A stretch of 64,000 nt of DNA from Octopus sinensis (taxonomy: Eukaryota), in assembly GCF_006345805.1 (NCBI RefSeq), contig NC_043011.1, positions 35,972,464-36,036,463 of the forward strand, in the 5' to 3' direction. A model generated the notes under the pieces. The model did not search any database. It was not told the origin of the DNA and saw only the letters and a program-made list of their open reading frames with translations. Shown piece after piece: positions 1 to 12,505 of the stretch. Both the position numbers and the translations under genes were made by a program. How positions within the stretch are numbered: the stretch's first letter is position 1; every line of letters begins with the position of its first letter.

Positions 1-2045
1 ATAAAAGCCGTAAATATTGAGGCAATTAATTGTTTTCCTTTCTAAGAATAAGCAGAATTGAATTCGCTTAGAAATTATTCAGCCCGAAGAATGTGAAGTA
101 ATAATGCCTTTTGAGATTCTATTGTCAAAATAAAAATAATCTGCTAATAGACTGTAGAATGCAGGCAACTCTAAGTTAATTTCTGAAGTTTCTAGGACAG
201 ATGAGACAAGATCACATCACGTTCGTATCTTGGTGAATATGCAGACCTGAAGTAAAATGATTAAAGCCGCGAATCAAAATCAACGAAGCATCTTTACATA
301 GACGTTAGGTCTGCTAAAAGCATGTAACCGAATCCACACCCGATCATCCCACAGAAGACCTAAATATATTAGGCTTGACGAAAGTGCGGGATGGTCACGT
401 CCGTTGTGCAAAGGCTTCCTGGATCAGGACTGAACTACTATTGCTAATCTCGATACAGTTATTAATTCTGCTAGAAATATTAGCCAAATCTCTTTCTTTC
501 AATCGAAATACTATTGGATTAAAGAAAATGGAAGGAAATAATGCCTGAAATAATGTCTTGTCTCAGACGTAGTTCGTTTGGTAATAGATTTTGCTCAGTA
601 AGTTCCAATGTTTAATCAATATCTAATTAAATGTTTAGTTCAAAAGTTTATTTAAAATGGGGATCAAAATGTATCGTTTACAATTAATTCTATGCATCAC
701 TTAACTACATAACTTTATGTTAAATCTGTTTTACGCCAAGAATTAGGAGTCAGATATAGATTTCACGTTGGCGTTAGATTTAAATACGATTTTAATGGAT
801 TGGCTTAATACAATATGTGAACAATTAATTCTAAATGTTAGTATTTAAGGTAATAGAAAATAAAATAATTTTCTGTATTACACTTTATCTATGAACTCTT
901 AAAAGAAAATTTTATTTATATTTCAATGGTTTTAGATCATATTTTATATTCTTTTCTGCATTTTTAATATTTTGAATAATAATTTATATAAGGCGAATAA
1001 AATATATTATTTGAATTATAGAGTTTAATCACTAAAATAATTTGTTTATTCCTCTCAATTTAATGGAAACTAAAACAAAATATTCAAGCTGATAAAAAAA
1101 ATCTTATCAAATGAACTTTGAAAATTGTGAGATATCTTTAATTAGAAATTTAGACGGACGGATGATTCTCACTCTGTTTCGACGATGAGGTTTCAGATGT
1201 TCGATTAACCGAGCTTCCAAGTTAACGTGAAAGTGGCTGGCCCTTTCCATACTCACGTGTTCACTTAACACAATTTTCATACAGAATCGGCGCGAATCAG
1301 TATATGTATGACAAGGCTGCACTTTTGAATTGCGAGTAGGACCCATTTGACGAACTTCTATACAAGTTCACTTACAGAGCATAAGTCAACAAGCGATCAT
1401 AGAAAAATGATAGTTGCTCAAAATGCTGCCTAATGCTACCATTGTGATTGCAAAAAAAACTTCTTAACCATTCGGCTATGCTGGATTACGTCATCGTCAT
1501 ATATCATACGCTTTTACAACACGTCGATGACGCTACAACGAAAATCTTCCCGGTTGAGCGCGTGGTCTCCCATCGGATGAAGCTGAGTTTCATACGAAAT
1601 TTACCGGGCAAATATATTGGGATAGTTTCCCATTGCCTTCCTCAGGTGGATGGCCATTGGCCCAGAAGGAGCTCATCCGCCCTTCTACAGGTCTTGTTTG
1701 TAGTCCTGTTGGGTGTCCAGAAACTTCCTCACAAGAGTAACAAACTACACGATTGGGGGAACTGGTTTAGTCGCTCACCACTCGACCGTGAAATAGGTAG
1801 TACTGATTTACAAGGTACCAATAGCAGGTCTCACCATCCTGTGTCGTGATCCCTGACTGGTACTCATACTGGATCTGCGATTAGAAAGGAAAACCCATCA
1901 CTTATAAATACTTGTTGCCGCCATTTATATTGTTGCTGTCATTTATATTGCTACAAATTAATAAGGTTCAGGCTTAAGCTATAGTAGTCAGCTTCGATTA
2001 TAACAAACATCTTGCGAAATTCACCGGAAATCACAAATATTATTA

Positions 2046-2235
2046 TCGGACAAAATGCTAAGTGGTATTTCTTCCAGTCCTCTATGTTCTAAGTTCAAAT
2101 TGCGACGAGGTTGTCTTTCATTATTCGCGGTGGATAAAATAAGTTCCAGTTGAACACTGGAGTCACAGTAATCGACTTTTTCCTCTTCCTAAAATTGCTG
2201 GCTGTGTACCAAAATTTGAAACCATTATTGTTATT
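2046..2235 (+). mobile_element. Degenerate tRNA-derived SINE, family A
   Basis: B-box-like AAGTTCAAATT at about 2091, family body, tail ...CCAAAATTTGAAACCATTATT. Confidence 0.7.
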
Positions 2236-2914
2236 GCTTAAGCATAGAGTTATGTCAAGCACCGGCTGATATATGTAGGGTGAATATGGTTATCATCGTC
2301 CCGCTACCTTCATTTAGGAAGGAAAGACAGGCCATCTTTGTCTAGGGACTTTGGTGAAACAGATTATGTAATGGACCAAATTAAAGGGGCAGCTAGAAAC
2401 CGACTCCTTCCTCTTTGGATTGGCCCTTATTAATTTTTTCTAGTTTTCTTTAGTTTTCTTTTTCCACGAGTAACCTTCAGAAGTCTCCTTCTTTTGTGTG
2501 TATGTATGTGAGTTTGGGCGGGAGAATTATTTCTTGGTTGACGTTGCTTGTTTAGCATGTTCGTACAATTTCATTTCTGGTTTCACATCAAAGTGTTGGT
2601 ATATTGTTCAGTGTGTTGTTGATCTCTCGATTACATTGGTGTATATACTGTAATTAAGCAAGAACTAAGTACTAGCTGAGTATTGAGGTCGACGTAATCG
2701 ATTCATCTACTCTTGGGTATGAGTATTAAAAAAACTGCATTCCTCTGCGAAGCCATGTCGAACCAGTGTGGTAGAGTGGTAGAGTAGGCTAATCAGTCTT
2801 GTATGAGCTCAAGCTCAAATTCACAACCTCCACATAGGACCGTGGTTGGTGTAGAGAACATATTGAAGCCTTCGCCCTGCATTGGACCAAGATCAGACCA
2901 TTCAATCCAATCCA

Positions 2915-3480
2915 AGAAAGGTTTGGGCATCCGCAGATGATGTGGTAATTTTGTTACTAAACATTTTGTATTTTGGTGCTGAGCCCGTTTTCATTTTGTC
3001 GTTTTTATAATTATTTGCTGTCAAGCGTTGATCTTGTACATATAGAAATCAATGCTTCAGTTTCTATTTTTAGTCCAGAGTTGGCTTTAAAATATGTTTA
3101 CTTCTTCTGTGTCGAACCTTATTTTCTCTCCTTATCCTCTTAAGTATATTTTGCAGCTCTGTTTTCATGTCGATGTTTATTTCTATCCCTTTGACTATCG
3201 CTGTTACATTATCTACATTTATTATTTCAATGTCGTATGTTTTTTTCCTCTTTACGTTTATCACTCTTACATTGTTTCTAAATATTTTTACCAGGACGAC
3301 AGTTGTTATTTTATAACATAGTTTTTTAAAAGCATTTTGCCAGGCCACGTCTTCTGGATGCTGGTTAGATATATTCTTTTCATATCTGGCCTGGGGTGCT
3401 ATCAATTGTTTCTGTCAATAGCTTCTCGTTTTAATGTTTACATTTTTAAACTCCAGTTGATTATACTCAAGCTGTAATTT
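2915..3480 (-). pseudogene. Decayed R4/Dong-clade LINE ORF fragment (post-RT region to zinc knuckle)
   Basis: Frameshifted translation gives DMKRIYL..RGL..LCYKITTVVLVKYLE, SGLKIETEALI, QDQRLTANNYKNDKMKTGSAPK and HIICGCPNL, collinear with the 10961-11948 copy (AKYLE, SGLKAESEGFI, QDQSLLTRNY, HLISGC). Confidence 0.7.
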
Positions 3481-3554
3481 GTAAAGTGTGCCAGGCTTCT
3501 TCTTCTTCTTCTCGTCGACGACGACGAAGGAGAAGAAGAAGAAGAAGAAGAATT

Positions 3555-3746
3555 AAGGCGGTGAGCTTGTTGAATTGTTAGCACGCCGGGGGAAATTCCT
3601 AGCAGTATTTCGCTTGCTGCTATGTTCTGCGTTCAAATTCCATTGAGGTCGACTTTGCTTTCAATTGTTTCGGTGTTAATAAATTAAGTACTAGTGAAAC
3701 AGTTCACCAAAATGGTTGCCCCTGTGGCAAAATTTGAAACCATTAT
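3555..3746 (+). mobile_element. tRNA-derived SINE family A
   Basis: Head AAGGCGGTGAGCT, B box GCGTTCAAATTCC, GAGGTCGACTTTGC body. Confidence 0.8.
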
Positions 3747-3757
3747 AAATTATTAGC

Positions 3758-3962
3758 AGGCGACGAGCTGACAGAATTGTTAGCACGCTGCGCAAAATAC
3801 TTAGTGATTTCGCCCATCGCTATGTTCTGAGTTCAAATTCCGCCGAGGTCGACTTTGCCTTTCAGCCTTTCGAAGTCAACAAATTTAGTACCAGTGAAGC
3901 ACTGGGGTTGATATAATCGACCTACCCCTCCCCCAAAATTGCTGGCCTGTGCCAAAATTATT
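3758..3962 (+). mobile_element. tRNA-derived SINE family A (adjacent to previous copy)
   Basis: Head GGCGACGAGCTGACAGAA, B box GAGTTCAAATTCC. Confidence 0.85.
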
Positions 3963-4825
3963 AAACGGTAGAATCGTAGTAAGGAATAAGTGTTTTATAC
4001 CTCGGGATGACAAAAGCATTTTAAAAGAAAAAGGGAAGAAAGATACAGTAAACGTTTTAAAATGTAATGTACTTGAAGTCTGTACCTGTTTTCGGTGGAT
4101 TGGGGAGCGGTTTACTTTATTTTTAGTCATCGCAAACATTCATCAGAATCCACTTTGTTATAAACATGTTGACCAGGTCATAGGTGCGAGAATAAATCAA
4201 CATCTTGTTCAACTACATCCTAACGCACCATCGATCAAATCGTATTATAATCTTTCTTTCCTCTATGAATCTAAGAAGTTCGCCCTTCCATTTCTGACTA
4301 AATCGAGCACACACACACACACACATACGGAATGGAAACAAACGTAAATGTTCACAAACTCAATCACAAATCAAAAACAGAACTACAGAACGATTTAAAA
4401 TTCATCTATTGTTAGAAGTTACAAATTAGTAACGGTGGAAATTTGGGCGTCAATTATATACTTCAATTATATGTCATTTCCTTAAAACTTTACCGAGGTT
4501 AGCGACTAAAAACAAACAAAGAACAACAAATTAAACAACATGAAAAAAATAGCAATGTTATTTCCTCTTTGTTAACGGTCGACTAGTCCTAGATTTGTTG
4601 ATCGTGATTAAGTCTTCCAAGCCAATTGTAAATAATGTATTCTATAAAAATCGGAATGTCATAATTCTTCGGGTAAAGGAATCTGAATTAGATTATAAAA
4701 TCAATGACAACAGTTATAACAAACAATCGGCGAATACATTATTGATAAAGAGGAGAAAAAAAAAATCAATGAAGAAATTAGAGAAACTAAACTAATTTGT
4801 TTGAAAACTCATTCCAACTGAATAG

Positions 4826-4927
4826 ACATATATATATATATATATATCAAATGTATGTATATGTATGTGCGCGTGATTTTAGATATCTATGTGTGTGTAT
4901 GTGTGCATATATGTATATATGTATAAT

Positions 4928-4958
<31 letters not shown>

Positions 4959-4965
4959 GTATAAT

Positions 4966-4996
<31 letters not shown>

Positions 4997-5190
4997 GTAT
5001 AATTATATATATATATATATATATATATAATTATATATATACATATATATGTATTATATATTTGAGTGATTGTAGATATGTATATCTTTGTACATATACA
5101 CATAAATATATATATGTATGTGCATAGACATATATGCATAAATACTTATATTACACTGTACACACATATATATGACTATATATGTGTGTA
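4826..5190. repeat. (TA)n-rich compound microsatellite
   Basis: Direct reading. Confidence 0.9.
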
Positions 5191-6022
5191 GAGAGGAATT
5201 ACTAAGTCAGTATGAAACAAAAAAATACATACATACATACACAAGTATAGTCTTAAGCCAATATCAACCAACATCACTCAATATTATTTAGCATAGTTTG
5301 TTGAACTAAATAGTTAAAACAAAACGGGGGAAAAAACACAGCTTAAAACCCTATTATTATTTCTTTTATTATTACTATTATTATCGAAAATATTACGTAC
5401 AGTTGCAATGAAAATGTCATTTTAACCAATCAATAACAAAGTGAATTTAAAATGTCTATAATGATGAACAGGCAAACAAATAAAAGACGAGAAAAAATAG
5501 AGAAATATATCGTGTACCAACAAGCGAGTTGGTGGTAGATTATTCAATAAATGGTAATAAGATTTAATTGACGATTTGGGTAAATTTGTCTGATTGTTTT
5601 TTTTTTATGGTAATTTATATATATATTTTTTTACATTATTGGTGTTTCTGCATTATTGTATTTGGTCTTAGTTTTACGATATTGGCTTTTTTTTAATGCT
5701 AGGTTTGTATTGCATCTACTTTGCATTAGTATCATATATGCTATAGGGAAGCCATTTTCTTTCTCTCGTAGCTTCTCTCTCTCGTTTTTTTTTTTTACGA
5801 GAGCATAGTTTTAATTAAGTATACTAAAGCACATACTCTCTCACTTTCTCTCTCTTTAAGTCACACACAGCTTGGTGTATACACAACGACATACGAACTA
5901 ACTGTATATGGTTTTGCACATAAAACCGTCATAAACAAGCAAAAACCACGTAACGTTAGCAACGCCATTAAGGAAAGAAATATTCCTATCATGATTTACT
6001 GTGCTCTAGATTACTCAAACAT

Positions 6023-6058
<36 letters not shown>

Positions 6059-6215
6059 GTACTTATGTTCTGTACAGATTTACTGATAGATAAGCATCTG
6101 AATTCAGCCCCCCACCCAAATTGATTATAAGATTAAATACCACAATTAGGTATACACATAGTTCTACGTCATCATATAACTATGTAAATATTAAACATAC
6201 ACTCGCTCAAACACG

Positions 6216-6246
<31 letters not shown>

Positions 6247-6274
6247 ATATACTATTCTTTTAAGTTTTTTATCA

Positions 6275-6315
<41 letters not shown>

Positions 6316-7180
6316 CTCGTACATATATGTATACACTTTAACGACTAAGCACTCTACACTGATGGGAGGTACTTAAAGTAAGTACACCAGTCAAGAAGCA
6401 ATAGTCACATAAGTGTTTAGAGAATATATTGCACAGACACACCTTTCATATCGAAGTCAATGGTTAAGTTAGTGTTAACATATTCAAAACCGATTACAGC
6501 AATTAGTATGCATTGAAAGAAGAACATCACTGCATTCAGCGGAGAAACATTCAATAATATTGTTAAAATTAAGTATCACTCTTGTACTGATAATTTAATC
6601 TATTTTAACCCTCCTCAACATTTCAGGCTTTGGTTCGATGTCAGATGTAATAACTAAACGAATAAAATATAACATTGATAAGAAAGACAACTCTAGACAC
6701 GCTTCGATCTTGTTAGACCAATTCAGAAAAGAATAGCTTTCCCCGTACACCGTATACGCGCCGAAGTAGTGACGAGGGAATGACGAACAAAGTTAGATTA
6801 ATGCCCATTTGAAGAAGTAAGAAAATGAGACTAGTTTCCTAAATAGCTAACAGACACCGACCAGAACAGTTAACCGGGTTTGAATACTTTAATTCTGGGG
6901 GCATAAAACAGCTAACAAAAAAAAAATAATTATGCATTGAAGAAAAACAATATTAGCAATATTATTGTAATTCTAAGTATGAGAAACACTTCTGGAATAT
7001 TTTGCCGGATTTAAGCCTCCACAGCCCAGCTTGTAATTCCCTGTACCTGCCGAAGTAGTGAGTGGGAGAAATAAGATGCTCTAGTAATTAATTTGCTATC
7101 ACGATGAGCCGCTCCAACGGGGAAAAACGACTCAATTATTCCTACTCAATAAGTTTTGAGTCTTTGGACATATGTCTCCT

Positions 7181-7506
7181 ATTTCTTTATTGACCACAAG
7201 GGGCTAAACATAGAGGGAACAAACAAGGACAGACAAAGGGATTAAGTCGATTCTATCGTAACTGGTACTTAATTTATCAACCCCGAAAGGATGAAAGGTA
7301 AAGTCGACCTCGGCGGAATTTGAACTCAGAACGTAACGGCAGACGAAATACTTATTTCTTTACTACCCACAAGGGGCTAAACACAGAGAGGACAAACAAG
7401 GACAGACAAACGGATTAAGTCGATTACATCGACCCCAGTGCGTAACGGCAGACGAAATACCGATTCGCATTTCGCCCGGCGTATTAACGTTTCTGCCAGC
7501 TCGCTT
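7181..7506 (-). mobile_element. SINE family A head-to-tail dimer
   Basis: Two body/tail units joined at AAAGAAATAA|GTATTTCGTC (sense), one head. Confidence 0.85.
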
Positions 7507-8325
7507 TGGACATAAGCCTCTACAGAGATAAAGTCCTAGCTATTTCCAACAACAGAAACGGGTGTAATCTGCATAAAATGAGAAAAGGCCTAATTAGTTT
7601 CTTTGAAGATCTAAGACATGCAAGTCACTGCAACTACTATGATAAATTTCTAGCTGATGCCTAAAAATTCCAACACATGAAAATACAAAGAATAAACACA
7701 CAAAAAAAGTAATGAAATGACATTTAAGTCATTTACTCAGAACTTCGCACAGTCAATCGTTCTAAGTACCTCATTGTTAATAAATAATAGATGGATCCCC
7801 GAATATTGCTTATTTTTCGGTAATTAAACAGAGGTATTCGCGAAAATCTTGCATCTAAAGTACGTTGGATCTAAAATGTATATTTATGTCCTATGTCTGA
7901 GAGAGACTAGGACCAGGAGCAATGGTTCTTTCAATCAACTCTTCCTTGGCTACACACGACACGTCAGTGAGCTGGAATGACATATGTACAGGAAACCAAA
8001 GAGAGAAATTGTGGTTAGAATTTTAATCACTATTTATCCTGTGCGCGCGAATAAACACGCTATCCATTTGTTTGTCAATTAGAATTTACTACCAACTACA
8101 TGAATACGGGACTATATTTTCATAATAGCTTATAGTGATTTGTTAAATTAGCACATGAGCAGGTGTTTGTGTTATAGATGCCATCGAATAAAACTCTACA
8201 TATGCATGTCGCAAATTTTAGCGGTTGCCTCCAAAACGCCACAGAATTTTGTAAAATTTAGAAATTAAGCGTAACACATTTACAATTATTATCATTAGAA
8301 ATATAGTCACGATTAGCTTTAGACT

Positions 8326-8377
8326 ATGTATGTATGTATGTATGTATGTATGTATGTATGTATGTATGTATGCATCG

Positions 8378-8441
<64 letters not shown>

Positions 8442-8557
8442 GTCTGCCTCTCTGTCTGTCTGTCTGTATAGATAGCTAAATATACAGATAGATAGATACA
8501 CAGCGAGATAGATAGATACACAGAGAGATAGATAGATACACAGGCAGATAGATACAC

Positions 8558-8622
<65 letters not shown>

Positions 8623-8790
8623 CATACATACATACATACATACATACATACGTACGTACATACATACATACATACATACATACATACATACATACATACA
8701 TACATACATACATACATACATACATACATACATACATACATACATACATACATACATACATACATACATAAAGATATATATATATATACA
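8326..8790. repeat. Compound tetranucleotide microsatellite (TATG)n(TCTA)n-core-(TAGA)n(CATA)n
   Basis: Direct reading; explains ORFs 8432..8854, 8436..8765 and 8476..8838. Confidence 0.95.
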
Positions 8791-9360
8791 GAGTGGTAGA
8801 TAGACAGGCAGGTAAACAGAGATAGATAGATATGCCACAGGTGTAGAATAACAAAACAGCTTGTAAGTTGTCTTTGTTTAATGCATGTAATATTACATGT
8901 ATTTATTTCGTTATGATGACCACACCATTAGGTGAAACTTCGTGTTACAGTGATCGAAAATCAGTCTGAATATATATCCAAGAGGATGAAGAAGACGCGG
9001 ACATATGCGGAACTAAGTGAGCGAGCTGTTGGAAGCTACTAGACTGGTTGTTTCTTTGAAAGTCTCATTGCTAAACGTGTTGTTAATGACCGTGAACTTT
9101 CTTAGATCGATAACTTCAGAATGTTGATATCGATTTCTGGCATGTGCACAAAGGTTTAAAAAATTGAGAGGAATGTTATACAGAACTGACTCTAAGATTA
9201 CTGAGGTTCTAGGCAAACTGAATCAAGATGCCCTGAAATGATATGTTTTCTTTTTAAGTTTGCATAAGAAAAACGGCAAAGAAGGATCAAAGTGGTTATT
9301 TCAATATACGAAGAAAAACTGAAACAGCATCAAAGCTTCAGACTATCATTAACATTAATA

Positions 9361-9391
<31 letters not shown>

Positions 9392-9892
9392 TTGAGAATT
9401 GATGTTACTGGCAATAATCTCGACACATTTTTATTTCAGATGTTGAGAAGATGGACAGGAGAGTGAATGTTCGAAGGGTGCTGGGGATCTGCTGTGAATG
9501 TAAAGAAATTTCTCCTGATAAGTTAAAATATATGAACAGAATAAAAGCTGCAAAAGAAAACCCATTGTCCTAAAACCATAATGTTTAAAATTTTAATCTG
9601 GATTTATACCTGGAAGACCCCCAAACACATGTCGTGACGTCCGCTTTGAGGTGCAGGCATGAGCAACTGCCCAAGAAGTTGTCGGTAACTTCGGCAGACC
9701 TTGAGGTTATTAGTCGATTATTTGTAAATGAAACATAATACTGAAAAGCAAGTCGATCCCTGGCAGAATTTGAACTCAGATTGTGAAGTGACGTGAAGAA
9801 ATGCCGCAAAGCAATTTCGTTTGTCACTATAACGACCATACCAATACTCTGCTTTCAAATACTTCTAGCATGCTGAAAATAAGAACCATATA

Positions 9893-10306
9893 TATTTCTT
9901 TACTGCCCACAAGGAGCTAAATATAGAGGGTGCAAACAAAGACAGACAAAGGGATTAAATCGATTACATGGACTCAGTTCGAAACTGGTACTTTATTTAT
10001 CGACAGCGAGAGGATGAAGGGCAAAGTCAACCTCGGCGGAATTTGAACTCAGAACGTAACGACCGACGAAATACCTATTTCTTTACTACCCACAAGGGGT
10101 TAAGCACAGAGAGGACAAACAAGGACAGACAAACGGATTAAGTCGATTACATCGGCCCCAGTGCGTAACTGGTTCTTAATTTATCGACCCCGAAAGGATG
10201 AAAGCAAACTCGAATTGGCGGAATTTGAACTCAGAACGTAGTGGTAGACAAAATACCGCTAAGCATTTTGCCCAGCGTGCTAACGATTCTGCCAGCTCGC
10301 CGCCTT
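9893..10306 (-). mobile_element. SINE family A head-to-tail dimer
   Basis: Two tail units, junction AAAGAAATAG|GTATTTCGTC (sense), head ends CTCGCCGCCTT on the + strand. Confidence 0.85.
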
Positions 10307-10699
10307 GAAATAAAAACCATATACTCCTTTCGTCGCTTTGAGACAGTGACCTGTTCACTGACAAAATTCCATGATGCATCTCATTTAAAGAAATGTAGAC
10401 AAGAAAAGAATAACCTGGTTAAAATAGCACAATGATCGAAATTAAGATGTGGTGGTCGTGTTTGAAACGTTTTTGACTATATATTTGCTTCATCAAGATT
10501 GAGCCAAAGTGCAAAAACAAGAACAACTGTTGTGGCATGCCTTCACCGATTCTCTTTTCCCCTCCTTAGCCTTCACTGTTTTCTCACTCATTTATATATT
10601 CTATATCGTAGCCTCAACGTCGTCCCAGCCAAATATCAAATCTCACCTTGGTTAATGTTCTTAGGTTTCCCGTACATATACAAAAAGAAAAAGAAAAAG

Positions 10700-10909
10700 A
10701 AAAGCACAAGGCCTGAAGTTTTGTGGAAGGGGGGGTAGCCGATTACATCGACACACATGCTTCACTGGTACGTAATTTATCGACCTTCGAAGGATGAAAA
10801 GCAAAATCGACACCCGCGGAAATTTGAACGGAAATTTGACTGTAGAGATGGACGAAATGCCGCTAAATATTTCGCCCGGAGTGCGAACGATTCTGGACAG
10901 CTCGCCACC

Positions 10910-10910
<1 letters not shown>
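10700..10910 (-). mobile_element. SINE family A (diverged)
   Basis: Family body and head, followed by (TAA)n. Confidence 0.75.
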
Positions 10911-10960
<50 letters not shown>

Positions 10961-12128
10961 GGCCAAATATCTCGAAATATCGAATGACTGGATGCTAAAG
11001 CTCGTGGAAAATCACGAGAGACGAAAGAAGCTTCATTCTATCATCAAGGAAAGCAAAAGATTTGCTATTGATCTCGTGCAGGATACCCAAACTGAACAAC
11101 CCGAGGGAAGTACGGCAGTTATTGTTGCAAAGAAGGTGAAAATGATGGCAATGAAAAAAGCGCACGAGCAATTGGCTGATAGGTGGGAGGAGAAACCTCT
11201 GCACGGCAAATATGTGACCCGCAGCAAACAAGCTGATGTTGACCAGAAGCCAACCCATCAGTGGCTGCGGAGCTCAGGGCTAAAAGCAGAGAGCGAAGGT
11301 TTCATCTTGGCTGCTCAAGACCAAAGCCTATTAACCCGGAACTACCAGGCCATGTGATGAAAAATGGAGCAGACCCAAAATGCCGATTCTGCAACGACAT
11401 GATTGAAACAGTGGACCACCTAATCTCTGGATGTAAAGTCTTAGCACCAGTGGAGTATAAATTAAGACATGACAGAGTTGGCCAATATCTCCACTGGCTA
11501 ATAAGTCGGCATTACAATATCAAAACTGCCGACAAGTGGTATAATCACCACCACTGAGGCTGTAACTGAAGGAGAAAATGTAACCATTCTGTGGGACTTT
11601 CCAGTACATACAGACCGAACCATCAAGGCCAATAAACCAGATATTGTTGTGAAAGACCAAAACAATAAAGTTTGCTTATTGATCGACATGAGCATCCCCT
11701 GTGATCATAATATCTCAGCGAAAGAGTTTGACAAGCTCAGAAAATATAAAGACCTACTCATTGAAATTGAGAAAATGTGGCATCTCAAGGCGGTTACAAT
11801 ACCAGTGATTGTAGGAGCACTAGGAATGATCAAGAAGGGAACCGAAAATTATATGAGAATGATCCCTGGCTTACCATCCCTGCAAGAAGTGCAAAAGATT
11901 GTCTTAACTGGTACATCATACGTATTAAGAAGAGCATTGTCGATGTGAGAACTGTTGCTGCTCATGTATTTTAATTTAACTTTAAAAAAAAAAAAAAAAA
12001 AAAAATGAACGAACTACTGAGTTTGGTTTAATGGCCTACCAATATACACTATGAGTTTCTTTGCGCTAGGAGTCGGGAAGACACTCGGCAAGAAATGGAA
12101 GAAAATTTGAAAGAAGAAAAAAAAAAAG
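10961..12128 (+). mobile_element. 5'-truncated R4/Dong-clade non-LTR retrotransposon with restriction-like endonuclease
   Basis: Two-frameshift ORF 10962-11948: KPLHGKY, HQWLRSSGLKAESEG, zinc knuckle CRFC..ETVDHLISGC, RHDRV, ILWDFPVHTDRTIKANKPDIVV..LIDMSIP (PD-(D/E)xK type), IPVIVGALG; 3' UTR ends in A-rich run; (TAA)n on both sides. Confidence 0.92.
10962..11948 (+). pseudogene. C-terminal R4/Dong-type ORF (CCHC knuckle plus REL endonuclease), frameshifted near 11352 and 11550
   Basis: ORFs 10992..11357, 11261..11557 and 11649..11948 join into one typical protein C-terminus. Confidence 0.9.
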
Positions 12129-12150
12129 TAATAATAATAATAATAATAAT

Positions 12151-12368
12151 CTTTTCTACTAGAGGCACAGGCCTGAAATTTGGTGGGATGTAAGAGGTTG
12201 ATGGTCGATCATATCGGCCTCAGTGTTCAACTGGTACTTAATTTATCGACCCCGAAATGATGAAAGGCAAACTCGAATTGGCGGAATTTGAACTCAGAAC
12301 GTAGCGGCAGACGAAATGCTGTTAAGCATTTCTCATGGCATACTAACGATTCTGCCTGTTCGCAGCTT
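12151..12368 (-). mobile_element. SINE family A
   Basis: GGCGGAATTTGAACTCAGAACG B-box region and body. Confidence 0.8.
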
Positions 12369-12505
12369 TAATAATAATAATAATAATAATGATGATAATA
12401 ATAATAATATAATAATAATATAATAATAATAATAATAATAATATAATTATAATAATAATGATAATAATAATAATAATAATGATAATAATAGCAGCAGCAG
12501 CAGCA
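12369..12505. repeat. (TAA)n/(CAG)n microsatellite
   Basis: Direct reading. Confidence 0.9.

Noticed and set aside
8432-8854. Long ORFs of YVCM/YLSI repeats, and all [12 protein letters not shown] and poly-I/poly-H ORFs elsewhere
   Set aside because: They are translations of microsatellites that lack stop codons in some frames
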